Below are positions 9,593 to 18,398 of a DNA stretch of 64,000 nucleotides, piece after piece. The notes beneath the pieces are model-generated. The model was not told where the DNA came from. It did no database searches and worked only from the letters and a program-made list of their open reading frames with translations. Position 1 is the first letter of the stretch; each line of letters starts with the position of its first letter. The translations under genes and the position numbers were made by a program. This DNA comes from Alphaproteobacteria bacterium (lineage in GTDB: Bacteria > Pseudomonadota > Alphaproteobacteria > MPNO01): contig OZ219866.1 of the NCBI GenBank assembly GCA_964291675.2, positions 1,376,001 to 1,440,000 on the forward strand. Reading direction: 5' to 3'.

Positions 9593-10280
9593 TATGTTGG
9601 CTGCTTCCGCTCAAAGCACCCTGGAAAGGGGGGTCGCGGAGACAATCCGGTCGTTCGCGAAGCTGCCGGACGGATGGCATTATGGCACCGGCACGGGCGC
9701 CGTCGATGCTGCGGTGGACACTGCGCTCTATGTCAATTCGCTGCTGATCGACTACGGCGCTCGGAACATCGAAGCTTTCCCCGCTGTCGATGGCGGGATA
9801 TTGGTCTCCGGTTATCACGACCGCGACACTCTGGAAGTTCTCTGTCGCCCGGACGGTGGGATGGATTTTATCCATGAGGTCGACGACGATCTCGTGAACG
9901 AGCAGGACAGCGTTTCGACTAACGAGATCGAGGAGTTTCTGGGAGGCTTGGAGTGGTTGCCACAGAACTTATTCGCCCACTGCACCCAATCTATTTCAGT
10001 AAAGAAAGGGGACGCTTCACTAGTATGGCCTTCCAGCCCTCATCCACAGACGGGGGGATATCAGTATTCGAGACAGAATGCGCCGTTGGCCTTAGTGGAT
10101 GCGAATGTCGCCATATTCATCGCTTCTACCGAAGCGTCGTTGGATTTCCTTATGTCTTCTGGCGGATCGATCCTGATGTTCTCTCAGGGGATTGCCGGCT
10201 CACCTGTGAGCCATCAACGACAGGCGACCCCTGCCACCGGAATATCCATGGATTGGGAAATAATCGACGCAGGAACATGA
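9585..10280 (+). CDS. Hypothetical protein (islet 1), N-terminal LPDGWHYG domain
   Basis: GGAGGAG RBS before ATG 9585; C-terminal part overlaps the next ORF. Confidence 0.6.
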   Translation: MIDMLAASAQSTLERGVAETIRSFAKLPDGWHYGTGTGAVDAAVDTALYVNSLLIDYGARNIEAFPAVDGGILVSGYHDRDTLEVLCRPDGGMDFIHEVDDDLVNEQDSVSTNEIEEFLGGLEWLPQNLFAHCTQSISVKKGDASLVWPSSPHPQTGGYQYSRQNAPLALVDANVAIFIASTEASLDFLMSSGGSILMFSQGIAGSPVSHQRQATPATGISMDWEIIDAGT

Positions 10281-10393
10281 TGAGGAATCTGAAAGTCGAA
10301 GAGCTGGAGATTTGCGACGGCGAATCCCACAGGCCCTTGACGATTGCGGATATAGAGCTGTTCGGCGCCAAACCGTCAGCGCTGCCGCTCTAG
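9953..10393 (+). CDS. Hypothetical protein (islet 1), possible toxin-like enzyme
   Basis: GGGAGG RBS before GTG 9953; SMAFQPSSTDGGISVF and DPCHRNI motifs. Confidence 0.6.
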   Translation: MVATELIRPLHPIYFSKERGRFTSMAFQPSSTDGGISVFETECAVGLSGCECRHIHRFYRSVVGFPYVFWRIDPDVLSGDCRLTCEPSTTGDPCHRNIHGLGNNRRRNMMRNLKVEELEICDGESHRPLTIADIELFGAKPSALPL

Positions 10394-10403
10394 TTTCCCA
10401 CCG

Positions 10404-10510
10404 GTGTTCGCGTTCTGCGCGCTGGCGCCCGCGGTGGGGCTGGCGATGACTGTGCTCTCCTTCGCGGCGAATGCCAGGCGCGTCAGCGGATGAGCGTCCC
10501 GCCGCGGCGC
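10404..10510 (+). repeat. 107-bp direct repeat, right copy, flanking islet 1
   Basis: Matches 8826-8932; contains the DMT gene stop. Confidence 0.95.
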
Positions 10511-11358
10511 TCCTCGCGCCAGGTGTTGTACCAGGCGGCGGCGAAGATGATCGCAGCCCCGATCAGGATCGGCAGGTCGAAGGCCTCGCCGAACAGCACG
10601 ATTCCGAGCCCGACCGAGAGCGGCAGGCGCAGGAAGTCGAACGGCACCACGAAGCTCGCATCCGCCGCCGCCATCGCCCTCGTCACGCAGTAATGCACGG
10701 CGTAGCCGGCGACGCCGAGCCCGGCGATCGCCGGCAGGTCGGCGAGCTCCGGCGTGCGCCAGACGAACGCGGCCGGGATCGCCGAGAAGACCAGCACGAA
10801 GACGCTCATGTAGAACACGACGACATTGCCGGATTCGCTCGCCGCCAGCCGCTTTGTGGCGATGAAGGCGGAGGCGTAGAAGAACGCCGCGGCGAGCACC
10901 ACAAGCGGGCCGATGCCGAAGCCGAGCCCGGAAGGGCGGACGATGATCAGCGTGCCGGCGAACCCCGCCGCGACCACGGCGATGCGGGCGAGGTCCACGC
11001 GCTCGCCGAGCACCAGGACCGCCATGACGACGACGAAGATCGGCATGGTGAACTGGAGCGCCGACAGCTCGGCCAGCGTCACCATGGTGACGCCGAAGAA
11101 CCACGCCACGTTGCCGGTATAGAGCAGCCCGTTCCTGAGCCCGTGCAAAGCGAGGCGCTCGGTGCGGATCTCCGCGGCGCCCTGGCGCAAGATCCATGGC
11201 GCCATCAGGCAGAGATTGACCACGCTCCTGAGGAAGATCAGCTCGAGCACGTGGTAGTCGGGGGCGAGCAGGCGGACCAGCAGCGCCATCGCGACCAGCG
11301 ACGACGCCGCGCCGATCATGAACAGCGCGCCTTCGATGCGCTTGGAGACGATGGCCAA
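10483..11358 (-). CDS. DMT/EamA family transporter
   Basis: About ten TM helices, LVLGERV, IIVRP, VVPFDFLRLP. Confidence 0.92.
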   Translation of the reverse strand: MAIVSKRIEGALFMIGAASSLVAMALLVRLLAPDYHVLELIFLRSVVNLCLMAPWILRQGAAEIRTERLALHGLRNGLLYTGNVAWFFGVTMVTLAELSALQFTMPIFVVVMAVLVLGERVDLARIAVVAAGFAGTLIIVRPSGLGFGIGPLVVLAAAFFYASAFIATKRLAASESGNVVVFYMSVFVLVFSAIPAAFVWRTPELADLPAIAGLGVAGYAVHYCVTRAMAAADASFVVPFDFLRLPLSVGLGIVLFGEAFDLPILIGAAIIFAAAWYNTWREERRGGTLIR

Positions 11359-11377
11359 GGCCGGAAGGCGCGCGGGG

Positions 11378-11917
11378 CTACGCGGTCTGCGGTTCGAGCA
11401 CCCTGACCGCGCTGTTGGCCGGGTCGTAGCGGTAGCGCCGCGTGCGGTCGAGGTCGCAGCCGGTCACCCGCACCAGCCGGGTCTCCAGCGGCCGGTCGAG
11501 CGAGTGGATCACGCCCTCGTTGTAGACATGCGCCTCGCCCTCGCCGAGCACGTATCGGCGCTCGACCTCGAGCTCGGCATGGCCCGGCCGCGTGCCGTCG
11601 TCGAGCCGGCGCCACTCGGTCATCGCGACGTGGTTCATGGCCATGCCGTAGACCACCCAGGACGGGCCGTGGCAGTGCGGCGTGTTGTTCGACGGGCCGC
11701 GGTTGGTATGCGCCATCACGCGGAAGCCGTGCTTCCCGTCGACATGGATGGTCTCCGCCCCGGACGGCTTGTCGGGGCCGAGATGGGCGGCGACGAAATC
11801 GGCATCGACCAGCAGCTTTTCCAGATGGCGCGCGACGGCCTCGCGGCCCGCCGGGCCGGGATCGGCGTCGAGCGCGGCGCTGGCATCGGCGCAGAAGTCT
11901 TCCAGCGTGTAAGCCAT
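11378..11917 (-). CDS. Cupin / cysteine-dioxygenase-like protein
   Basis: MAYTLEDFC..., PHCHGPSWVVYG, GVIHS; start at ATG 11917 after GGAGG. Confidence 0.75.
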   Translation of the reverse strand: MAYTLEDFCADASAALDADPGPAGREAVARHLEKLLVDADFVAAHLGPDKPSGAETIHVDGKHGFRVMAHTNRGPSNNTPHCHGPSWVVYGMAMNHVAMTEWRRLDDGTRPGHAELEVERRYVLGEGEAHVYNEGVIHSLDRPLETRLVRVTGCDLDRTRRYRYDPANSAVRVLEPQTA

Positions 11918-11943
11918 CGGCATCCCTCCGCGAAGCCGCGCGG

Positions 11944-12936
11944 TCAGCCCGCCCGGGCGCTCTCCGCGACGCCCCATCTGAGCCCCATCCCCTTGAGCCA
12001 GCGGCGATAGGCGACGGAGAACTTGTCGGCGCGGATGTGCAGCTCGTCCTTCAGGTCGAGCGGAATCTCGGCCGGGCGCTGGCTCTCGACGATCCACTTG
12101 TCCTGGCTGAACACCTTGTCCTGGCGCTCGACGATCTGCTGCTCGGTGACCTGGTCGCCGAAATTGATCGCCACCAGCAGCCACACCAGGCAGTCGTCGG
12201 GGGCCAGCGGGGTGACCGTCAGCATCATGCAGAACATGTTGTCGTCGCCGGTCTCCTTGGCGAAATAGGCCGTGGTCGGGCGGAAGCAGCGATAGGTGTA
12301 ATGCGTCATCGCCGGCACCCCGCGGTGGTCGGCGAAGGGCTGCCAGATCGGCACCCGCCCGGTGCCGATCCCGTCCTCGTCCTCGAACACGTCGTAGTCC
12401 TCGACGATGTCGGGTTTCGACGGATCGCCGTTGATCATCGGGTGGACGAAGGGGAAGTGCGGGATGTCGATGAAGTTCTCGACGGTGCGGAACGGGTTGG
12501 CGCGGAAATTGTAGGGGCCGACGATCTGCTTGCGGTAGGACTCGTCGGTCCATTCCGGGAAGGGCGGCACGTCGCGCTCGGGCTCGCCCATCGACACCCA
12601 GAGGAAGCCATAGGCCTCGCGCGCGCGGTAGGTCTCGGCGCGGGCGCCCGCCGGCGGGGTGAGGTCGGGCATCGCCGGGATGAAGGTGCAGCGGCCCTTC
12701 TTGTTGTAGTGCCAGGCGTGGTAGGGGCAGGTGAGCTGGCCGTCCTTGACCGCGCCCAGCGACAGCCGGGTGCCGCGATGGGCGCAGTAGTCCTTCCAGG
12801 CCATCACCTCGCCGCCCGACCGCCACAGCACCAGATCGGTGCCGAACAGCCGCGCCGCCATCACCCCGCCCTCGTCGAGGTCGGCCGACCGCCCGACCGC
12901 CTGCCAGTCGTGCTTCAACACCGGATCGTCGATCAT
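11944..12936 (-). CDS. Rieske non-heme iron oxygenase alpha subunit (VanA/Ndm-like)
   Basis: CAHRG...CPYHAW Rieske motif, ENFIDIPHFPFVH iron site, SQDKWIVESQ. Confidence 0.93.
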   Translation of the reverse strand: MIDDPVLKHDWQAVGRSADLDEGGVMAARLFGTDLVLWRSGGEVMAWKDYCAHRGTRLSLGAVKDGQLTCPYHAWHYNKKGRCTFIPAMPDLTPPAGARAETYRAREAYGFLWVSMGEPERDVPPFPEWTDESYRKQIVGPYNFRANPFRTVENFIDIPHFPFVHPMINGDPSKPDIVEDYDVFEDEDGIGTGRVPIWQPFADHRGVPAMTHYTYRCFRPTTAYFAKETGDDNMFCMMLTVTPLAPDDCLVWLLVAINFGDQVTEQQIVERQDKVFSQDKWIVESQRPAEIPLDLKDELHIRADKFSVAYRRWLKGMGLRWGVAESARAG

Positions 12937-12986
12937 CGCGCCATTCTGCCGCCGGGCGCCCGGCGCGTCCACGGGCGTTTGGCGGG

Positions 12987-13097
12987 CGTCCCTCGATACG
13001 GCGCTGGCGCGCCTACTCGGGATGAGGATTAAGTTTGCGGGAAGCCGCAAGCCAATCCCTCATCCTGAGTAGCTCGCCGCAGGCGGGCGTATCGAAG
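12987..13097. repeat. Family A inverted repeat element, copy 3
   Basis: CGTCCCTCGATACG..CCTACTCGGGATGAGG / CCTCATCCTGAGTAG..GCGTATCGAAG. Confidence 0.9.
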
Positions 13098-13132
13098 CAG
13101 ACGCCGCCGCCCGGCTACGGCATCATTGGGGC

Positions 13133-13900
13133 ATGGAGCCGTCCTTTCTCGGCGTGCCGGGCGTCGATGGCTGGGTGTTCGGCGGGCTTGCCGCGTTCTC
13201 CTTCGTCAGCGCCTTCGTCGCCGCCACCATCGGCACCGCGGGCGGGCTGATCCTGCTCGCGGTGATGGCGATCTTCTTTCCCCCCTCGGTGCTGATCCCG
13301 GTGCACACGGTGGTGATGCTGGGCTCGGCGTCGAGCCTGGCCGTCATGCGCTGGCGCTACGTGCTGCGCGGCACGCTGCTTCCCTTCGCGCTCGGCGCGG
13401 CGCTCGGCGCGCTGGCCGGGGCGCAGATCTTCGTGACGCTTTCGAGCGTCGTCCTGCAGGGCATTCTCGGCGTCTCGATCCTGGCGCTCGCCTGGCTTCC
13501 CAAGTTCACCCGGTTCGGGCCCGAGCGGGGGCGCTTCGCGGTGCTCGGCGTCGTCATGACCTTTCTCGGCATCTTCGTCAGCGCGACGGGCAGCCTGCTC
13601 GCCCCGTTCGTCGCCGGCGCCACCGAGGACCGGCGCTACATGCCGCCGACGCTCTCCATGCTGATGACCGTCGTCCACATCGCCAAGCTCGCCGCCTTCG
13701 GCGCGGTCGGGCTCGGCGTCGGCGCCTATCTGCCGCTGATCGGGGCGATGATTGCGGTCTCGATTCTGGGCAATCTCGTCGGCAGCCGCACCCTCGACCT
13801 GGTGCCGGAGCGCGCCTTCCGCATCGCCCTCCAGGTCGTGCTCACCGGGCTCGGCCTCCGCCTGCTCTGGGTCACGGCGATGGAGGCGGGGCTGGCCTGA
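13133..13900 (+). CDS. TauE/SafE (TSUP) family membrane transporter
   Basis: GTAGGLIL, LIPVHTVV, GIFVSATGSLLAPF; about eight TM helices. Confidence 0.85.
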   Translation: MEPSFLGVPGVDGWVFGGLAAFSFVSAFVAATIGTAGGLILLAVMAIFFPPSVLIPVHTVVMLGSASSLAVMRWRYVLRGTLLPFALGAALGALAGAQIFVTLSSVVLQGILGVSILALAWLPKFTRFGPERGRFAVLGVVMTFLGIFVSATGSLLAPFVAGATEDRRYMPPTLSMLMTVVHIAKLAAFGAVGLGVGAYLPLIGAMIAVSILGNLVGSRTLDLVPERAFRIALQVVLTGLGLRLLWVTAMEAGLA

Positions 13901-13933
13901 GCGCCCGATTTCCAGCAGGGACATTCGACGACC

Positions 13934-15496
13934 ATGACTTCGACGATTTCCAAACGCGAATTTCTCCAGGCCCTCGGCGCCGCCGCCGGGGTGGGCGCGG
14001 TGTGGCGCGGCATGGAGGCGCTCGGCCTCGCCCGGTCAGGGGTCGCAAGCGCGGCGCCGCCCGAGCTGGCGCCGGGCTCGGGCGCGGGAAGGAGCGTCGC
14101 GATCCTCGGCGCCGGCATCGCCGGCATGGCGGCGGCCTACGAGCTCGCCCGGGCGGGCTGGCGCTGCACCATCCTCGAAGCCACCGGGCGCGCCGGCGGG
14201 CGCAACCTCACGGCGCGGGCGGGCGACACGCTGGAGGAGATCGACAGCCGCCAGCGCGTGCGCTTCTCGCAGGGGTCGCATCTCTACGCCAATCTCGGCG
14301 CGGCGCGCATCCCGCACCACCACCGGACCGTGCTCTCCTACTGCAAGGCGTTCGGCGTCGAGCTCGAGGTCTTCACCAACGACAACCGGGCCGCGCTCTA
14401 CCACGACCCCGAGCGCTTCGGCGGGCGGCCGGTGACGGCGCGCCGGACGGTCAGCGACATCCGCGGCTATATCGCCGAGATGCTCGCCAAGGCGGTCGAC
14501 GCGGCCTCGCTCGACTCGGGCCTGACCGCGAGCGAGAAGAAGCTTTTGGGCGAGATGCTGGCCGATTACGGCGATCTCGACGACGACGGCCGCTACCGGG
14601 GCAGCGCGCGCGGCGGCTATCGCGGCCGGGTGAATGCGGGGCTCCGGCGGGGCGTACCGGAGGACAGGCTGGATTTCGCCGAGCTGCTGCAAAGCCGCTT
14701 CTGGCGCCACGGGCTGCGCACCGCGGAATCGCTCAACCAGAACCCGACCCTCCTGCAGCCCGTCGGCGGCATGGATGCGATCGCGCGCGCGTTCGAGGCG
14801 CGCGTGGGCGGGCTCATCCGCTTCGGCCGGGTGGTCGAGCGGATCCAGAGGACCGGGCGGGGGGTGCGCATCGTCCACCGCGCCGCCGGCTCGGGCGCCA
14901 GGGCGGCGCTGGAGGCCGATTTCGCGATCTGCACCCTCCCGGCGCCGGTGCTCAAGGACATCGCCAGCGACTTCGCGCCGGAGACGCGCGCGGCGATCGC
15001 CTCGGCCGCCTTCGGCGGCGCGGTGAAGATCGCCTTCCAGACGCGGCGGCGGTTCTGGGAGGACGATCTCGCGATCTATGGCGGCATCTCCTGGACCGAC
15101 CAGGACATCGCCCAGATCTGGTACCCGCCCTACGGCTACCACCGCGACCGGGGGGTGATCCTGGGCGCCTATATCTGGGGCGGGAAGCCCGGCCTGCGCT
15201 ACCAGGCGATGCGCCCGGAGGCGCGGCTCGCGGCGGCGATCGCCGAGGGCGGGCGGATCCACCCGGGCTATGCCGGCGAGATCGAGGCGGGCGCGAGCCG
15301 GGCCTGGGGCAAGGTGCCGTTCCAGAAGGGGGCGTGGCCCGAGGCGGGCGAGGCGCCGGACGCGCTGCAACGCCCGGACGGCGCGGTCCATTTCGCCGGC
15401 GACCAGGCGAGCGCGCTGCCCGGCTGGCAGGAGGGCGCCGTGCTGTCCGCCCATGCGGCGGTGGCCGCGATCGCCCGGCGCGCCGCGGAACGGTAG
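13934..15496 (+). CDS. Flavin monoamine oxidase / L-amino acid oxidase, Tat-like signal
   Basis: SKREFL signal, ILGAGIAG FAD motif, RAGGRN, GAARIP, WQEGA. Confidence 0.92.
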   Translation: MTSTISKREFLQALGAAAGVGAVWRGMEALGLARSGVASAAPPELAPGSGAGRSVAILGAGIAGMAAAYELARAGWRCTILEATGRAGGRNLTARAGDTLEEIDSRQRVRFSQGSHLYANLGAARIPHHHRTVLSYCKAFGVELEVFTNDNRAALYHDPERFGGRPVTARRTVSDIRGYIAEMLAKAVDAASLDSGLTASEKKLLGEMLADYGDLDDDGRYRGSARGGYRGRVNAGLRRGVPEDRLDFAELLQSRFWRHGLRTAESLNQNPTLLQPVGGMDAIARAFEARVGGLIRFGRVVERIQRTGRGVRIVHRAAGSGARAALEADFAICTLPAPVLKDIASDFAPETRAAIASAAFGGAVKIAFQTRRRFWEDDLAIYGGISWTDQDIAQIWYPPYGYHRDRGVILGAYIWGGKPGLRYQAMRPEARLAAAIAEGGRIHPGYAGEIEAGASRAWGKVPFQKGAWPEAGEAPDALQRPDGAVHFAGDQASALPGWQEGAVLSAHAAVAAIARRAAER

Positions 15497-15497
15497 G

Positions 15498-15603
15498 CGT
15501 CCTTCGATACGCGGCTTCGCCGCTACTCAGGATGAGGGAATTTGTTGGAGCCACGCCAACCCCCTCATCCTGAGTAGCCCCCCGGAGGAGGCGTATCGAA
15601 GGG
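15498..15603. repeat. Family A inverted repeat element, copy 4
   Basis: CGTCCTTCGATACG..CTACTCAGGATGAGG / CCTCATCCTGAGTAG..GCGTATCGAAGG. Confidence 0.9.
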
Positions 15604-15704
15604 GGCTTACAAAGATAAGTTGACGAACGGGAGGCCAACGACACCTCTTCCGTCATGCCCGGTCGCCGGAACGAGCCGGGGGGTGTCGGCGCTTCCCCAA
15701 CCAC

Positions 15705-15794
15705 GTCATGGCCGGACTTGATCCGGCCATCCACGCGGCCTCTCCACCCGCACGACGGTCCGGCGGGACGGGTGGCGGCGCCCATGGATGCCCG
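15705..15794. repeat. Family B REPIN-like element, left part, interrupted by IS110 copy 1
   Basis: GTCATGGCCGGACTTGATCCGGCCATCCA...TGGATGCCCG; resumes as GATCAAGTCCGGGCATGAC at 17156. Confidence 0.9.
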
Positions 15795-15873
15795 ATGGAG
15801 TGGACGCCCCCTCCGACGGCATCTGTGTGCCAAAGTGGCGGTGTCATCAACCCACTTGGAGGAGGGAGCATCC

Positions 15874-16905
15874 ATGGCCGAGGTTAGCATGATCGGGATC
15901 GATCTTTCGAAGCGGAGTTTTCAGCTGCACGGGATGTGCGCGGACGGCTCGGTGGGTTTCCGCCGGACGCTGAGCCGCGGCAGGCTGCTCGCCTTTGTGG
16001 CGCGTCAGCCGCGCTGCGTGGTGGCGATGGAGGCGTGCGGGGGTGCGCATCACTGGGGTCGCGAGATCCTCGATCTGGGCCATGAGGTGCGGCTGGTGCC
16101 GCCGGTCTATGTGAAGCCCTTCGTGAAGCGCCAGAAGAACGATGCGGCGGATGCGGCGGCGATCTGCGAGGCGGCGTCGCGGCCGACCATGAGCCTGGTT
16201 GCGGTGAAGACGGCCGAGCAGCAGAGCCGCGGCATGCTGTTCCGGGTGCGCGATCTCCTGGTGCGCCAGCGCACCCAGGCGCTCGACGCGCTGCGCGGCC
16301 ATCTGGCGGAGTTCGGGCTGGTGGCGCCGAAGGGTCCGGCGAGTGTCGGCAAGCTCGCGGTGGCGCTGGAGGCTGCGCGGGCCGGTCTGCCGGACCGGGT
16401 GGGCGAGCTCGCCGGGGTGCTGCTGGAGCAGATCGCCGGGCTGGACGAACAGGTCGCCGAGCTCGACAAGGAGCTGCGCGCCGAGGCGCGGCGGGATGCG
16501 GATGCGCGCCGGCTGATGACCATACCGGGGGTCGGGCCGGTCACCGCGATGGCGATCCAGGCCTTCGCGCCGCCGCTCGACGGGTTCCGCCGCGGGCGCG
16601 ACTTCTCGGCCTGGCTCGGGCTGGTGCCGCGCCAGCACACGACGGCCGGCAAGCCGCGGCTGGGCAGGATATCGAAGATGGGCCAGCGCGATCTCAGGCG
16701 GCTCTTGGTGCTCGGCGCCATGTCGGTGGTCCGCAGCGCCGGGCGCCACGACACGGTGCGCGACCCGTGGCTGGCCGGGATGCTGGCCACCAGGAAGCCG
16801 AAGAAGCTGATCGCCGTGGCGCTGGCCAACCGCACCGCGCGCATCGCCTGGGCGATGACCACGAGACAGCAGAGCTACCGGGCGCCCGCGCCGAACACCG
16901 CCTGA
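15874..16905 (+). CDS. IS110-family DEDD recombinase/transposase
   Basis: IGIDLSK, VAMEACG, KNDAADA, IPGVGP, AWLGLVP, VALANR; GGAGG RBS. Confidence 0.97.
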   Translation: MAEVSMIGIDLSKRSFQLHGMCADGSVGFRRTLSRGRLLAFVARQPRCVVAMEACGGAHHWGREILDLGHEVRLVPPVYVKPFVKRQKNDAADAAAICEAASRPTMSLVAVKTAEQQSRGMLFRVRDLLVRQRTQALDALRGHLAEFGLVAPKGPASVGKLAVALEAARAGLPDRVGELAGVLLEQIAGLDEQVAELDKELRAEARRDADARRLMTIPGVGPVTAMAIQAFAPPLDGFRRGRDFSAWLGLVPRQHTTAGKPRLGRISKMGQRDLRRLLVLGAMSVVRSAGRHDTVRDPWLAGMLATRKPKKLIAVALANRTARIAWAMTTRQQSYRAPAPNTA

Positions 16906-17138
16906 GCGCGGCGGATGCGGGCCGCCGTCGGCAGTGCGGGCGAGGTCTGAGGACGGGTAAGGACAAACGGTCGATGAGACGGGATCGGGAAAACCAGTTT
17001 GATCCGGCGCGCCGAAGAGCACGCGTGCCCGTATGCCATACAGGCCCGCGGCGCCGCATAGGCCGCAAGCAGAGGCCGCATAGACGACAGCACCTGACCG
17101 CACTGTCCGAACCGTTCGAAAAAAAACCTTGCACCGCC
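16906..17138 (+). ncRNA. Putative bridge/seek RNA region of IS110 copy 1 (18-nt deletion in the target loop)
   Basis: Guides TTTGATCCG (16998-17006), GTGCCCG (17025-17031), CATAGACG (17079-17086); exact RNA ends unknown. Confidence 0.7.
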
Positions 17139-17300
17139 GGGGGCGTCCATAGACGGATCAAGTCCGGGCATGACGAGGGAGGGCCGGGGGCGACGGCGGC
17201 ATGCGACGACGCGTTGCGCGTGTCGCGATCCGTGTCCCGATCCGGCGGATGGGCCGGAAATCCGCGCGTACCGAGGCTTTGCGCCCGGTCCAGCTCATCC

Positions 17301-17390
17301 AAACCGGACAGCAGTGGCCTCGATCCGGGCATCTCCCTCCGCCGACTCTCTTGCGGGCCGCATGGATGGCCGGATCAAGTCCGGCCATGG
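17301..17390. repeat. Truncated family B element joined to a 17-bp conserved end
   Basis: AAACCGGACAGCAGTGG-CCTCGATCCGGGCATC...TGGATGGCCGGATCAAGTCCGGCCATG. Confidence 0.75.
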
Positions 17391-17421
17391 CGGGTGGAGG
17401 AACACGGCGCCGACGGGCGCC

Positions 17422-18258
17422 TCACCGGGGGCGGCGGTTGATCGCGTACTCGCCTTCGCCGCGCCGGAAGGGCTGGATCAGCATGTTGTGCAGATGCAGC
17501 TCGGCGCCGTCGCGGAAGGCGTCGAGGCCGATGGTCATGTTCTCGTGCCCGAGCCCGGGCTGCGCCCGGTAGGTGCCGAACAGGCGGTCCCACCAGGGCA
17601 GGTTGAAGCCGAAATTGCTGTTGGTCTCGGCCGGGATGTCGGAGTGGTGCACGCGGTGCATGTCGGGCGTGACGATCGCCCAGCGCAGCACCCGGTCGAG
17701 CGCCGGCGGCAGGCGCAGATTGCCGTGGTTGAACATCGAGGTGCCGTTCAGCAGCACCTCGAAGACCAGGACCGCCACGGCCGGCGGGCCGAGCAGCGCG
17801 ACGGCGGCGAGCTTCAACAGGACCGACAGGAAGATCTCGATGGGGTGGAAGCGCGACCCCGTCGTCACGTCGAAGTCGAGGTCGGAGTGGTGCATGCGGT
17901 GCAGCCGCCAGAGCGCCGGCACGGCGTGGAACATGACGTGCTGCAAATAGATGACCAGATCGAGGACGAGAACCGCGATCACGATGTCGAGCCAGAGCGG
18001 CAGCGCGACCAGGTTGAGGACGCCCCAGCCGCGCTCCGCGGCGATCGCGGCCAGCGCGACCGGAAACAGGGGAAAGATCAGCCGCACCGCCACGGTGTTG
18101 AAGACGACGATCCCGATATTGGCGTACCAGCGCAGCCAGCGCGGCCGGGAGAGCGCCCGGCGCGGCGCCGCCAGCTCCCACAGCGCGACCGCGGCGAAGA
18201 TGCCGAGGAAGCAGCCGACCCTGATCGCCGGTTCGTTTGCGCTGATGAACTCCGGCAT
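17422..18258 (-). CDS. Sterol desaturase / fatty acid hydroxylase family
   Basis: His boxes QHVMFH, HRMHHSD, RFHP, HRVHHS; NSNFGFNLPWWDRLFGTY. Confidence 0.93.
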   Translation of the reverse strand: MPEFISANEPAIRVGCFLGIFAAVALWELAAPRRALSRPRWLRWYANIGIVVFNTVAVRLIFPLFPVALAAIAAERGWGVLNLVALPLWLDIVIAVLVLDLVIYLQHVMFHAVPALWRLHRMHHSDLDFDVTTGSRFHPIEIFLSVLLKLAAVALLGPPAVAVLVFEVLLNGTSMFNHGNLRLPPALDRVLRWAIVTPDMHRVHHSDIPAETNSNFGFNLPWWDRLFGTYRAQPGLGHENMTIGLDAFRDGAELHLHNMLIQPFRRGEGEYAINRRPR

Positions 18259-18398
18259 GTCTCGATCCCGGGGAGCGGGTTCCGCGCCGCGGCGATGCTA
18301 GCACGGGAGCCCTCCGGCCGTCGCGCCGCTTGCCCGCGGAACCGACGGCTGGCACGCTGGACGGGCGAGGGAAGCCGGAATTGGGGAGAGACGCCGCC

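Larger units (their letters stand above)
15795..17153 (+). mobile_element. IS110 family (IS1111 subgroup) insertion sequence, copy 1
   Basis: 11-bp sub-terminal IRs TGGACGCCCCC (15801-15811) and GGGGGCGTCCA (17139-17149); CG core on both sides; ~250-bp 3' non-coding region. Confidence 0.95.

Noticed and set aside
18260-18398. Cobalamin or SAM riboswitch upstream of the MetE-like gene
   Set aside because: Short divergent intergenic region without recognisable conserved riboswitch blocks; an Rfam scan would settle it.
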